A stretch of DNA of 64,000 bases from Acidobacteriota bacterium. GTDB taxonomy: Bacteria > Acidobacteriota > UBA890 > WLXD01. The translations under genes and the position numbers were made by a program. The notes beneath the pieces are model-generated. The model did no database searches. It was not told the origin of the DNA and saw only the letters and a list, made by a program, of their open reading frames with translations. Positions 39,163 through 49,050 of the stretch are shown here, one piece after another (the stretch's first letter is position 1; the number at the start of each line of letters is the position of its first letter). The DNA lies in the NCBI GenBank assembly GCA_965205505.1, contig CBDBHB010000009.1:2144001-2208000 (forward strand). The letters are read 5' to 3'.

Positions 39163-40485
39163 ATGACGCCGTCGCCGATCTCGCTCCGCCGCCGCTTTTT
39201 TCGGCTGGCCATCCCCAACATCCTCTCCAACGTCACTGTCCCCCTGGTGGGTCTGGTCGATATGGCCTTCCTGGGACACCTGTCCAACATCGACTTCCTC
39301 GCCGGCGTGGCGCTTGGCGCGGTGATCTTCGACTATGCCTACTGGACCTTCGGGTTCTTGCGCATGGGCACCACCGGAACGACGGCGCAGGCGGTGGGTC
39401 GCGACGACCATCGCGAGGTGTGCCACATCCTGTATCGGTCGCTCGCGGTGGCGATTGCGGTGGCCGTCGTGCTGTTGTTGGCGCGCCACCTGATCCGCGA
39501 CGTCGGCTTTGCGATGCTGTCGGGCTCGTCTGGCGTGGAGCGGGCCGGGACAGACTATTTCAACGCCCGCATCTGGGGCGCCCCGGCGACGCTGAGCAAC
39601 TACGTGTTGCTGGGGTGGCTGTTGGGACGGGAGCGGGCGCGCGAGGCCCTGCTGATCACCGTCGCGGGCAACCTGGCGAACGTGGCGCTCGACTACCTGT
39701 TCATCGTCGAGCTCGGTTGGGCCGCCACGGGGGCCGGTGTGGCGACCGCCGTAAGCCAGTACCTGATGCTGCTGATCGCCTCGGTGTGCGTCTATCGTAC
39801 GGGTCCGCTGGCGCCCGTCACCGCCGCCGCGGTGTTCGATCGCGAGCGGTTGGCGGCGCTATTCCGGCTCAATCGCGACATCCTGCTGCGCACGCTCGCG
39901 CTGCTCACCACGTTCGCGCTGTTCACCAACTTCAGCGCCCTCATCAGCACCACCGTCCTGGCTGCCAACGCCATCCTGATCCGCCTCCATTTGGTGGCCG
40001 CTTACTTGATCGACGGCGCCGCGTTTGCCACCGAGAGCCTGGCGGGTATCTACTACGGGCAGCGGGATGTCGATAGGCTGCGGCGGGTCCTGCGGCTCGC
40101 CATGATGACTGGCTTGGCATTTGCGGCTCCCGTGCTCGTGGTGATGCTTCTGGCACCCGGAACCGTGTTCGGCATCATGACGTCGCACTCGGCCGTCACC
40201 GTGGCTGCCCAACGGTACGCGCCGTGGATGGTGCCAATGCTCACGGTCGGGTCGATCGCCTACATCTACGATGGCTTCTTCATCGGCATTACCGAGGGCA
40301 AGGTGCTGCGCAACCAGATGATCGTCAGTGCCCTGGTGTTCTTCTTGCCGGTCGCCTGGTTGGCGGTTCGCCGGGGCGACAACCACCTGCTATGGGTTGC
40401 GATCGTGCTCTTCATGATCGGTCGCGTCATTACCATGTGGATCGCAGAGCGCCGCGTGTTCGATCGATTGGAAGGCCAGCGGTGA
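39163..40485 (+). CDS. MATE family efflux transporter (DinF-like)
   Basis: LAIPNILSNVTVPLVGLVD, FLRMGTTG, about 12 TM segments. Confidence 0.93.
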   Translation: MTPSPISLRRRFFRLAIPNILSNVTVPLVGLVDMAFLGHLSNIDFLAGVALGAVIFDYAYWTFGFLRMGTTGTTAQAVGRDDHREVCHILYRSLAVAIAVAVVLLLARHLIRDVGFAMLSGSSGVERAGTDYFNARIWGAPATLSNYVLLGWLLGRERAREALLITVAGNLANVALDYLFIVELGWAATGAGVATAVSQYLMLLIASVCVYRTGPLAPVTAAAVFDRERLAALFRLNRDILLRTLALLTTFALFTNFSALISTTVLAANAILIRLHLVAAYLIDGAAFATESLAGIYYGQRDVDRLRRVLRLAMMTGLAFAAPVLVVMLLAPGTVFGIMTSHSAVTVAAQRYAPWMVPMLTVGSIAYIYDGFFIGITEGKVLRNQMIVSALVFFLPVAWLAVRRGDNHLLWVAIVLFMIGRVITMWIAERRVFDRLEGQR

Positions 40486-40958
40486 AGACGACGCGCGACA
40501 ATTTGCAGGTGGTGCTCGTGGAGCCCGAGATCCATGGCAACACCGGCAACGCCGGGCGCACGTGCCTGGCGGTGGGCGCGCAACTGCATCTCGTCGCACC
40601 CCTCGGCTTCGAGCTCGACGACGCCAAGGTGCGGCGTGCGGGGCTAGATTACTGGCCGCGGGTCACGCCGCAAACGTGGAACAGCTGGTCCGACCTGGAG
40701 CCGCTCCTGCCGAGCTTGGGTACGGCGTATTTCTTTTCCGCCGAAGCCGAGCGCGAGTACTGGGACGCCGACTACCGTCGACCGGTGACGTTGGTCTTCG
40801 GCCGTGAGTCGGTCGGCCTGCCGTCGGCGATACGCAGCCGCTACCAAGATCGTCTCCTGCGATTCCCCATCGCCGACCCGGGCGTACGCTCGCTCAACCT
40901 TGCCAACTGCGTGGCGCTGGCGTGCTTCGAGGTGCTTCGTCAGCGCCGGCGCGAGTGA
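40482..40958 (+). CDS. trmL: tRNA (cytidine/uridine-34 2'-O)-methyltransferase
   Basis: PEIHGNTGN, RRAGLDYW, FGRES, RSLNLAN; GTGA overlap with MATE. Confidence 0.92.
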   Translation: MKTTRDNLQVVLVEPEIHGNTGNAGRTCLAVGAQLHLVAPLGFELDDAKVRRAGLDYWPRVTPQTWNSWSDLEPLLPSLGTAYFFSAEAEREYWDADYRRPVTLVFGRESVGLPSAIRSRYQDRLLRFPIADPGVRSLNLANCVALACFEVLRQRRRE

Positions 40959-41005
40959 GCGAGGAGCAGCCACGCCATCGAGGAGCTGCTTCCCGCTCGG
41001 GGACC

Positions 41006-41036
41006 TACGCAACGATCATCTGTTACAGGCCACTAG
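41006..41036. repeat. Solo MITE terminal repeat
   Basis: TACGCAACGATCATCTGTTACAGGCCACTAG is the reverse complement of the 19381 MITE end with a 1-nt gap; a shorter end lies at 39008-39024. Confidence 0.8.
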
Positions 41037-42182
41037 CGCCTGATCCAAGTCGGCGATCAGATCGTCGGCAGCCTCGATCCCCACCGACATGCGGATGAGG
41101 CTGTCGGTAACCCCGGCTGCGGCGCGCGCTTGCGGCGGCATGCCGGCGTGGGAGGTGGTCGAAGGGCGAGTGATCAGGGTCTCCACGCCGCCAAGGCTGG
41201 GTGCTTCAATCGGTAAGCGCACGCCCTTTACGACCTGTCGGGCAGCCTCCACGCCGCCATTCACCTCGAAGCTGAGCATGCCGCCGAAGTCGTCCAGAAA
41301 GCGCCCGGCGCGTTGGTGATCGCGGTTGCTCGCCAGTCCCGGGTAGTTGACCGACGCCACCGCTGCATGCCCTTCGAGAAACACGGCGATGCGTGCTGCA
41401 TTGTGGTTTTGCTGGCGCACCCGCACGGCGAGTGTCTTCACGCCCCGATGCAACAGGAAGCAAGCGTGAGCGTCCAGCGATCCCCCGAGGTGGTTGGTCG
41501 TACGGCGTACGGCCTCGACGAGCTTCGCGCTGCCGATCACCGCACCAGCGGCGAGGTCGGTGTGGCCGTTCAGATACTTGGTGGCCGAGTGCAGCGACAG
41601 ATCGAACCCCCATTCCGCCGGTCGGAAATTGAGCGGGCTGGCGAAGGTGTTGTCGATCATCGAAACGAGGCCGCGGTCCTTGGCGAACGCCGCGATGGCC
41701 TCCAGCTCGCCAACCTGGATCAGCGGGTTGGTGATTGTCTCGGCGTAGATCACCTTGGTCGAGGGGCGTACCAGGTTGCCCCACGAGTCAGGGTCGGTGG
41801 GGTCGAAGGTGTCGACGGCGATCCCCCAGCCGGGTAGGTCGTCGAACACGAACGAGTGCGTGCCGCCGTAGAGGCAGTTGTGCACGAGTAGGTGATCCCC
41901 CTGGCGCAGAACCGATAGCAGCGCGCTGGTGATCGCCGCCATCCCGCTGCTCGTCGCCAGCGCCGCCTCGGCGTTCTCGAGTGACGCTAGCTTGGCGTGG
42001 AGGATGTCGTGGGTCGGGGTGTTGCTCAGGCGAGCGTAGCGGAGGTCGTCATACGAGCCTGTGCCGGTGTACTCGAACGTCGAGGACTGGAAGATGGGCG
42101 GCACTACCGCGTCGCCGATGCGGGGCTCGGGCTCGCCGGCATGGATGAGCTTGGTGTCGATGCTGGAGGTGCGGTCGGCCAT
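41016..42182 (-). CDS. PLP-dependent trans-sulfuration enzyme (cystathionine gamma-synthase/lyase or methionine gamma-lyase)
   Basis: [38 protein letters not shown]. Confidence 0.93.
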   Translation of the reverse strand: MADRTSSIDTKLIHAGEPEPRIGDAVVPPIFQSSTFEYTGTGSYDDLRYARLSNTPTHDILHAKLASLENAEAALATSSGMAAITSALLSVLRQGDHLLVHNCLYGGTHSFVFDDLPGWGIAVDTFDPTDPDSWGNLVRPSTKVIYAETITNPLIQVGELEAIAAFAKDRGLVSMIDNTFASPLNFRPAEWGFDLSLHSATKYLNGHTDLAAGAVIGSAKLVEAVRRTTNHLGGSLDAHACFLLHRGVKTLAVRVRQQNHNAARIAVFLEGHAAVASVNYPGLASNRDHQRAGRFLDDFGGMLSFEVNGGVEAARQVVKGVRLPIEAPSLGGVETLITRPSTTSHAGMPPQARAAAGVTDSLIRMSVGIEAADDLIADLDQALVACNR

Positions 42183-42430
42183 ACGGGTCTCCTGCTTGGC
42201 GTCGCTTGGGCACTGGTGGCGCCCACGCCTACTGTGCCCGATGGCTTGCCAGCACGCGAGCCGATCTCCGGGCTGCTAGCAGGCCGTGGTGGAAGTGTGG
42301 CGCGCTTGCTCTGACCGGCGCGTCTGGCATACGTGCTATTTTTACAGCACCTTCGGAACCCGCGGCCTTGCTCGTGCGTCCTAAAGACAGCGGGCTCTCG
42401 CCGAGAGCACAACTCCCCAAGTTGGTCGCC

Positions 42431-42531
42431 ATGCAAGATGTTCTGCAAGACCTCAAGTTCGCCGCACGCTCCCTCCTGCAGACGCCGGGCTTCGTGGTGG
42501 TGGCGGTATTGACGTTGGCGCTTGGCATCTC
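42431..42531 (+). pseudogene. ADOP/MacB-like ABC permease 5' fragment truncated at the island boundary
   Basis: [33 protein letters not shown], stopping where GANTAIFS is expected. Confidence 0.85.
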
Positions 42532-42687
42532 TGCCATCGTTCAGATCCGGTGCATTCCTGAGTTGACCTATTAGTCCCTAAGCATCAGTAGAGTCAGACA
42601 GTTACGAGTATTCGTCCATCTTGCGTGTTCCCGGACAATCCGCTACATTCCCGCCTTTAATGGCGGAATGAGAGGGGGATGCATAAT

Positions 42688-43716
42688 ATGTCCGATGCGC
42701 AGGCAACTGCACCGAAACCCAGCCCTCGGCGCAAGAGCGGCAAGCACCCGGAGCGGGCCCTGTCGGCGGCGTTCGTACGCACGGTAATGAAGCCGGGCCG
42801 GTACTGCGATGGACACGGCCTGTACCTGAACGTGATCCCGAGCGGAGCGCGCAGCTGGGTACAGCGGATCGTGATCCAGGGCCGTCGCCGGGAACTGGGT
42901 CTCGGAGGCTACCCCTTGGTGTCGCTGTCGGAGGCGCGCGAGGTGGCATTTGCCAACCGCAAGCTGGCCCGTGCCGGCGGTGACCCGCTGACAGACAAGC
43001 GCCGGGCCGAGGGCATGCCGACGTTCGCGCAAGCAGCGGCCAAGGTGTATGAGATGCACCGCCCCGGGTGGCGCAACGCCAAGTATGCGGCGCAATGGAA
43101 AACGGAGTTGCGCACCTATGCGTACGGGCGCATCGGTGAGATGCCGGTGTCGGAGGTGACGACGGCCGAGGTGTTGGAGGTACTGGGTCCGATCTGGCAT
43201 GACAAGGCCGAGACCGCACGGCGGGTGCGGGCGCGCATCGGTGCGGTGATGAAGTGGGCCATGGCGCAGGGGTACCGTGGCGACAACCCGGCTGGTGAGG
43301 CGATCACCCAGGCGCTGCCACGGCACCGCAAGCGGCGCCGGGTACCGCTATCGGGCCGGGCAATGGAGATCCTGCGCCAGGCGCGGGGGCTCAGGGATGG
43401 CGAGGGGCTGGTGTTTCCCGGCGCACGGGCCGGCAGGCCGCTGGCGGACGCAACGCTTTCCCGGGTGCTGCGGCAGCTGGGTATTGAAGCGGTACCGCAC
43501 GGGTTTCGCTCATCGTTCCGGGACTGGGCGGCGGAGTGCACCAACGCACCGCGGGCGGTCATGGAGGCGGCGCTGGCGCATGCGGTGCGCGACCCGACCG
43601 AGGCGGCCTATGCGCGCTCGGACCTGCTGGAGCGGCGCCGGAAGCTGATGGAAGACTGGGCCGCTTACCTGAGTGCTGAGGGCGGCAAGGTGGTGCCGAT
43701 GCTGCGCCCTGTCTAG
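42688..43716 (+). pseudogene. P4-like tyrosine integrase with in-frame internal deletion
   Basis: Arm-binding domain (DGHGLYL, LGGYPLVSL), core-binding domain, HGFRSSFRDW and LAH..AYARSD; ALPRHRK joins directly to RRVPLS, so the catalytic Arg box is missing. Confidence 0.85.
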
Positions 43717-44020
43717 GGAGCAGTACCGGGTCGGTTCCCTGCCTGCTGAAGTGGGTTGGCACACGGCCACGCACGCTACCCTGAAGACGTGTCTACCCCA
43801 CCGCCCCCGTGCCTACGGAGAGATGATATGGACAGAGGTGAGCTCGGCAACGTGCGGATGGGCGATCTCCGCTCGCCCAGGATCAACCTTTCGGGCCGTG
43901 CACTGACGCTGATTCCGGCCGTCATCCTGGGCCTGATGCTGCTGTCCCCATCGATCAGTGGGCCCGGGCCGCACTCCAGGTTGCCCGCCCCGATCCAGAC
44001 CATCGTGCCGGTGCTGCCTC

Positions 44021-44680
44021 ATGGGTGAAAAAGAGCGCGCGAGGCAACCAGTGTTGCCTGTGCGTGCCGTCCTGGACAAATCCCGGAACGATGAGTTCGC
44101 CAAGCTGCACCATAAGCACCGGACACGATTCATTGAGCAGAAAGAGCGCATTTCCAACGACGATGCGCGCGCTCTCGTGGGCTTGTGGCTCGACCTGGAC
44201 CCGTCGTGGAGAAACCCAGAGATCGCCCACAACTACAACGTATGGATGTACGCTGCGTTGTTTCTTCGGGGCGAAGACAACACCCCGCGCGAGGATATCG
44301 AATCCACTACCGAAGGATCACGTACTAACCCCGTACATTGGGACGCACTGGCGTGGACGTTCGCGCGCACCGAAGGCAAACGTCCACTCGGGCAAGCCCT
44401 GCACCGTTGGGTGGGCGACGTGATGCATGGCCGGCGTGCGCCTCCGAAAGGCGGCAAAGGCAGCCAGGGGCCGGCCCCCAAGATGGCCGAGCGAAATAAC
44501 GTGCTCCGATGGGCGATCCACGTCCTGACAGAGTGTGGCATGCATGCGGAGCGCAATGAGGCTACCGACGCGATGGAGCGTCCGTCCGCCTGCGACATCG
44601 TGCTCGGGGTGCTCAAGGAGAGAAATCACAGTGTGAGCACGTACGACACCATGCGCGACATATGGCAGGGTAAACGGTAG
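44021..44680 (+). CDS. Hypothetical protein between integrase and AlpA
   Basis: 219-aa ORF in a position typical of satellite-like islands. Confidence 0.65.
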   Translation: MGEKERARQPVLPVRAVLDKSRNDEFAKLHHKHRTRFIEQKERISNDDARALVGLWLDLDPSWRNPEIAHNYNVWMYAALFLRGEDNTPREDIESTTEGSRTNPVHWDALAWTFARTEGKRPLGQALHRWVGDVMHGRRAPPKGGKGSQGPAPKMAERNNVLRWAIHVLTECGMHAERNEATDAMERPSACDIVLGVLKERNHSVSTYDTMRDIWQGKR

Positions 44681-44794
44681 TCGGCTGCGCCACCCCCGGG
44701 CCGTGGGGGCGAGTTTTCGGAAACTCGCACCTCATGACAGGCCAGAGGTACCCCTGCACAGTGGGAGGAACCACCAAAACCAAGGAGGTTCCTC

Positions 44795-45019
44795 ATGGAG
44801 CAGCAAGTCCTCATCAAGCGTCCTGAAGTCGAGCGGATCACGCTACTTTCCAGGTCAGCGATCTACGCTGCGATGGATGCGGGGGAGTTTCCCCGTCCGG
44901 TGCGCATCGGCCGCCGTGCCGTAGCCTGGCGGATGGCGGACATCGAGGCGTGGTTAGCGAGCCGTCCGACCGCCCTGCCGGGGGGCGATCAACCTGCCCC
45001 TCCCCAGCAGTCAACGTGA
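44795..45019 (+). CDS. AlpA-family regulator/excisionase
   Basis: IKRPEVERITLLSRSAIY..GEFPRPVRIGRRAVAW; AGGAGG RBS. Confidence 0.92.
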   Translation: MEQQVLIKRPEVERITLLSRSAIYAAMDAGEFPRPVRIGRRAVAWRMADIEAWLASRPTALPGGDQPAPPQQST

Positions 45020-45020
45020 C

Positions 45021-46679
45021 GTGGCCAGCCTGGAGCAGATCGTCCGCCCGCTCGAGGGTCGATCCAATGGACCTGGCATGGACCCCTGCCCGGCGCACGA
45101 GGACCGCAACCCGAGCCTGAGCGCGACAGAGCGCGACGGGCAGGTGCTGGTGCACTGTCACGCCGGATGCACGCAGGAGGCGGTTCTGGAGGCCCTAGGG
45201 GGCCGGGGTCTGGACATTCGACAGCCCAACGGACTCAAACGGTACCGTCGCCCGTGTCGGCGACCGAGGCGAGGTCGCGTAGTGGGGCGGCTGCGTCAAG
45301 TCCGGACACGGCACGAGGAGCGCGCGCTGCCGCACAACGTCGAGGTGGAGCGCTCGATCCTGGGCGCGGTGTTGCTCGACAACGAGGCGCTGAACGCGGC
45401 CGCCCAGGTGCTCACGGCCAACGACTTCTTCGGCGACGCCAATCGGCTGGTTTACGAGGCAATGGGCGCGATCTCGAGGCGCTCCGAGGCCATCGACACA
45501 GTGACCCTGCGCGAGGAGCTGACCCGACGCGACGCGCTCGAGCGCGCCGGCGGCGCGGCGTACATCTCCGGCCTCATCGACGGTATCCCAGTGGCGGCCA
45601 ACGTCGAGCAGTACGCGCGCAGCATCAAGGACAAAGCGATCCTGCGCGATGCCATCGCCGAGGCAGAGACTTTCCGCAACATGGCGATGGACCCGGGCGC
45701 GGATCCCGAGGTAGTCCTCGTGGAATCCCAGCAGGCCATCGCGGCAATCGCAAACCGTGCTAGCTGCGCCGCGGATCGTGTCCAGGTATACGGGCTTGCC
45801 GAGTATCTCGAACTCCGTCTACCGCCGCGACGGCCCCTCCTGTCGCCTTGGTTCAACGAGAAAGACCTGGCGATGCTGTACGCGAATCGCGGGGACGGCA
45901 AGACCTGGGTCGCGCTCAGTATCGCGCTCGGTGTCGCTACGGGGACGTCAGCCTTGGTCTGGGAGGCGCCTGCCGGGGCGCCCGTTCTTTTCGTGGATGG
46001 TGAGATGCCCGTGGAGACCCTCCAGTCGCGCACGAGCTCGCTACTCGCCGGGCTAGACCCGGACCTCGACATCTCAGAAATCCCCTTTCGAATCCTCGCC
46101 GCGGACGCCCAGGAAATCCCGGTGCCTGCGCTCGATAGCCCGGAGGGGGAGCGCCTCATCGACGCGATCCTTGGGGACGCCAAGCTCGTGGTCCTCGACA
46201 ACATTTCCACGCTGTTCGGTGCCGGTCCGGAGAACGAGGCCGAAGCATGGGGACCCGCTCAGGACCTTCTACTGGGGTTGAGGCGGCGAGGAGTCGCTGT
46301 CCTCCTCGTGCACCACGCCGGCAAGAGCGGTGCTCAGCGCGGTACCTCTCGCCGGGAGGACGTCCTCGACACGGTGATAAAGCTGAAGCGCCCGGGCGAG
46401 TACCGGGCTGAGGATGGCGCCCGGTTCGAGGTTCGCTTCGAGAAAGCTCGGGGACTCATTGGTGCTGACGTGGCCCCATTCGAAGCGCAACTCGCGACTG
46501 ACGAGAACGGCTGCGCGACCTGGATCGTAGCCAACGTCGAGGGCCGGACCCATCGGCAGGTCATCGATCTCCTGAACACCGGCATGACTCCGAGCGCTGT
46601 GGCATCCCAGCTGCGTATCCATCGATCGACCGTGTACCGGCACCGGAACGCAGCAATCGCCGAGGGGAAGCTTCGATGA
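45021..46679 (+). CDS. Replication protein: primase Zn finger + DnaB N-terminal domain + AAA_25/RepA-like helicase + HTH
   Basis: CPAHEDRNPS..HCHAGC; LPHNVEVERSILGAVLLDN; RGDGKT Walker A; VLDNIS; HHAGKSGAQRGTS. Confidence 0.82.
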   Translation: MASLEQIVRPLEGRSNGPGMDPCPAHEDRNPSLSATERDGQVLVHCHAGCTQEAVLEALGGRGLDIRQPNGLKRYRRPCRRPRRGRVVGRLRQVRTRHEERALPHNVEVERSILGAVLLDNEALNAAAQVLTANDFFGDANRLVYEAMGAISRRSEAIDTVTLREELTRRDALERAGGAAYISGLIDGIPVAANVEQYARSIKDKAILRDAIAEAETFRNMAMDPGADPEVVLVESQQAIAAIANRASCAADRVQVYGLAEYLELRLPPRRPLLSPWFNEKDLAMLYANRGDGKTWVALSIALGVATGTSALVWEAPAGAPVLFVDGEMPVETLQSRTSSLLAGLDPDLDISEIPFRILAADAQEIPVPALDSPEGERLIDAILGDAKLVVLDNISTLFGAGPENEAEAWGPAQDLLLGLRRRGVAVLLVHHAGKSGAQRGTSRREDVLDTVIKLKRPGEYRAEDGARFEVRFEKARGLIGADVAPFEAQLATDENGCATWIVANVEGRTHRQVIDLLNTGMTPSAVASQLRIHRSTVYRHRNAAIAEGKLR

Positions 46680-46710
46680 GGAATAGGGCATTCCGTCGCG
46701 CCGTTGCACG

Positions 46711-46890
46711 TGTCGCAGTCGGCACCCCCTTAGGGGGGTGCGACTGTGCGACAGACGGTGCGTGTCGATGCGACAAGCGATGCGACAACCCTGCGACAAG
46801 GGAAACAGCGGCGTGAGGGCGAAAGAGGCGGCACTGCGGGTGTTGCAGCGGAATTCCGCTGTCCCCGAGCCTGCGACAAATCCTGCGACA
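46711..46890. repeat. TGCGACA iteron cluster, putative replication origin
   Basis: Six direct TGCGACA copies plus one inverted TGTCGCA flanking a CACCCCC-TTAG-GGGGGTG palindrome. Confidence 0.75.
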
Positions 46891-46906
46891 GGAGGGTGCA
46901 GCAGCC

Positions 46907-48177
46907 TGACCTGCCCGCCAATAATCGGGCCAGTTTGAGAGTTAGGAATTGAGGCTCTCAGGAAGGCTCGGGAAGGGGGAGAAATGGCCCGGAAGCGATA
47001 CACGGTAGAGCAGATCATCGCCAAGCTCAGGGAGGCAGAGATCGAGCTGGCGCAAGGAGCCAAGACGCCGGAAGCGTGCCGGAAGCTGGGCATCAGCGAG
47101 AACACGTAGTACCGGTGGCGTAAGGAGTACGGCGGGCTGAGGGTGGATCAGGCACGGCGACTCAAGGAGCTGGAGCGCGAGAACGGGCGGCTCAAGAAGC
47201 TGCTGGCGGAAACGATGCTCGACAACGCCATCCTCAAAGAGGTGTCGTCGGGAAACTTCTGAGCCCGGCGCGCCGGAGCCGGGCAGTGCGACACGCACAG
47301 CAGTCGCAGGGGGTGTCGGAGAGGCGAGCCTGCCGAGTGCTGGGCCAGGTGCGCTCGACGCAGCAATATCGGCCCAAGGCGCCTGGAGACGAAACACCGC
47401 TGGTGAAGCGAATGACCGAACTGGCGACGCAGTACGGACGCTACGGGTACCGTCGGATCACGGCTCTGATGGAATGCGAAGGGTGGCGGGTGAACCACAA
47501 GAGGATCGAACGGTTATGGCGTCGTGAAGGACTGAAGGTACCGAAAAAGCAGCCCAAGCGCGGACGCTTGTGGCTCAACGATGGATCGTGCGTGCGGCTG
47601 AGGCCGGAAAGGAAAGATCACGTGTGGGCCTATGACTTCGTGCACGAACGAACTCACGACGGGCGAGCGGTTCGTCTGCTGACGATCGTGGATGAGTACA
47701 CCAGGGAGTGCTTGGCCATCGATGTGGCGCGCAGGCTCAACTCCGAGAACGTGTTGGATCGACTCGCTGAGCTGTTCGTGAACCGTGGTGTTTCCGACCA
47801 CATCCGCTCCGACAACGGACCGGAGTTCACTTCTCGGGTAGTGCGTGGCTGGCTCGAGCGGGTCGGTGTGAAGACGTTGTTCATCGAGCCCGGCTCGCCG
47901 TGGGAAAACGGCTATGTGGAGAGCTTCAACGGCAAGCTACGCGACGAGCTGCTGAACGGGGAGATCTTCTACACGCTCAAGGAGGCGCAGAGCTTGGTGC
48001 AAGCCTGGCGCCGCAAATACAACCAGGTGCGGCCACACAGCTCGTTGGGCTATCGGCCGCCTGCACCGAAAGCGACGTTGTTAAAGCCGGCTACGCTCCG
48101 CTCCGCCGGCTGCAACAACCTCTTGCCAGCACCGATTCTATGAGTTACGAAGTGGCCTCAACACTTGGGGCAGGTCA
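46907..48177 (+). mobile_element. IS3 family (IS407-like), copy A; orfA carries a nonsense mutation
   Basis: TGACCTGCCC / GGGGCAGGTCA ends; TAG at 47107 where copy B has TAC; orfB 47286-48143. Confidence 0.95.
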
Positions 48178-48279
48178 CCTTCCGCTGGCCCCGGAACGAT
48201 AGGTGACCGTCGGACTCCCCTGCTGAAACGCAATCGGACAGAGACGACCTTGGAGGTACGGGTAGGGTACGGTCAAACC

Positions 48280-48732
48280 ATGCCCCGCATAGGCACCTGG
48301 AACACCAACTGGGCGAAACCGGGTACTGCGCGCGGCAACCGCGTCAGTACCGCCTTGGCCTAGCCCGATTGCGATGTCCTATGCGCAACGGAGGGGTACG
48401 TTGGCGTTTGCATTCCCTGGCGCGACGCCCACGTTCGCACCGGCCGCAAAGACCGCGATCCTTGGCAGGATCACAAGAGTTGGTTGGCAGCATTCGAGAC
48501 CTTGCCCTATCGGCGGGCTGCGGAGAGGATCGTCGTCTTGGGCGACTTCAATCAACGGATACCACGAAGGTGGCAGCCCAAACGGGTGTACGAGGCACCG
48601 TTGCGCGCATTTGATGGACTCACGTTTGCAACGACCGGTGAGTTGTCAGGGGCGCCAAGCCGGTCGATTGATCACATCGCTCATACGTGTGATTTAGCGC
48701 TGGTCGGCAACATCGAGCTCTGGCCCAAGTGA
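48280..48732 (+). pseudogene. Endonuclease/exonuclease/phosphatase-family pseudogene
   Basis: RIGTWN, DVLCATEG, LGDFNQ, IDHI; internal TAG, frameshift and IS truncation. Confidence 0.75.
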
Positions 48733-49050
48733 CCTGCCCCCTTTTCTGGTCCACTGGAAGTGAGAGTCTCGGACCGAACATAGGGGTGTTATCGGTTCGC
48801 CAACGGCGGGGCAACGGAAGCAGCCGGAGGCTGCTGGAGTTGCGCTGCCGCGGCGAACTCGTGTGGAGTCAGGTCGCCCAGTGAGCTGTGCAGCCTGACG
48901 TAGTTGTAGTCTCGACGCCAGTACTCGACCTTGCACCGGGCGTCCTCGAGATCCGTGAACCAGTGCTGGTTGAGGCACTCGTCTCGGAACGAGCCATTGA
49001 AGCTCTCGATGAAGGCGTTGTCCACGGGCTTGCCAGGCCGGATGAAGCGT

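Noticed and set aside
46711-46890. CRISPR array
   Set aside because: Repeats are 7 bp with irregular spacing and there are no cas genes; better explained as iterons. No CRISPR array was seen anywhere in the window.
29283-48363. In-frame TAG codons (kinase 29283, IS orfA 47107, nuclease-family gene about 48361) as pyrrolysine or stop-codon recoding linked to methylamine use
   Set aside because: They occur only in otherwise decayed genes; the IS twin has TAC at the same site; intact genes use TAG as stop; no pyl or methylamine methyltransferase genes are seen.
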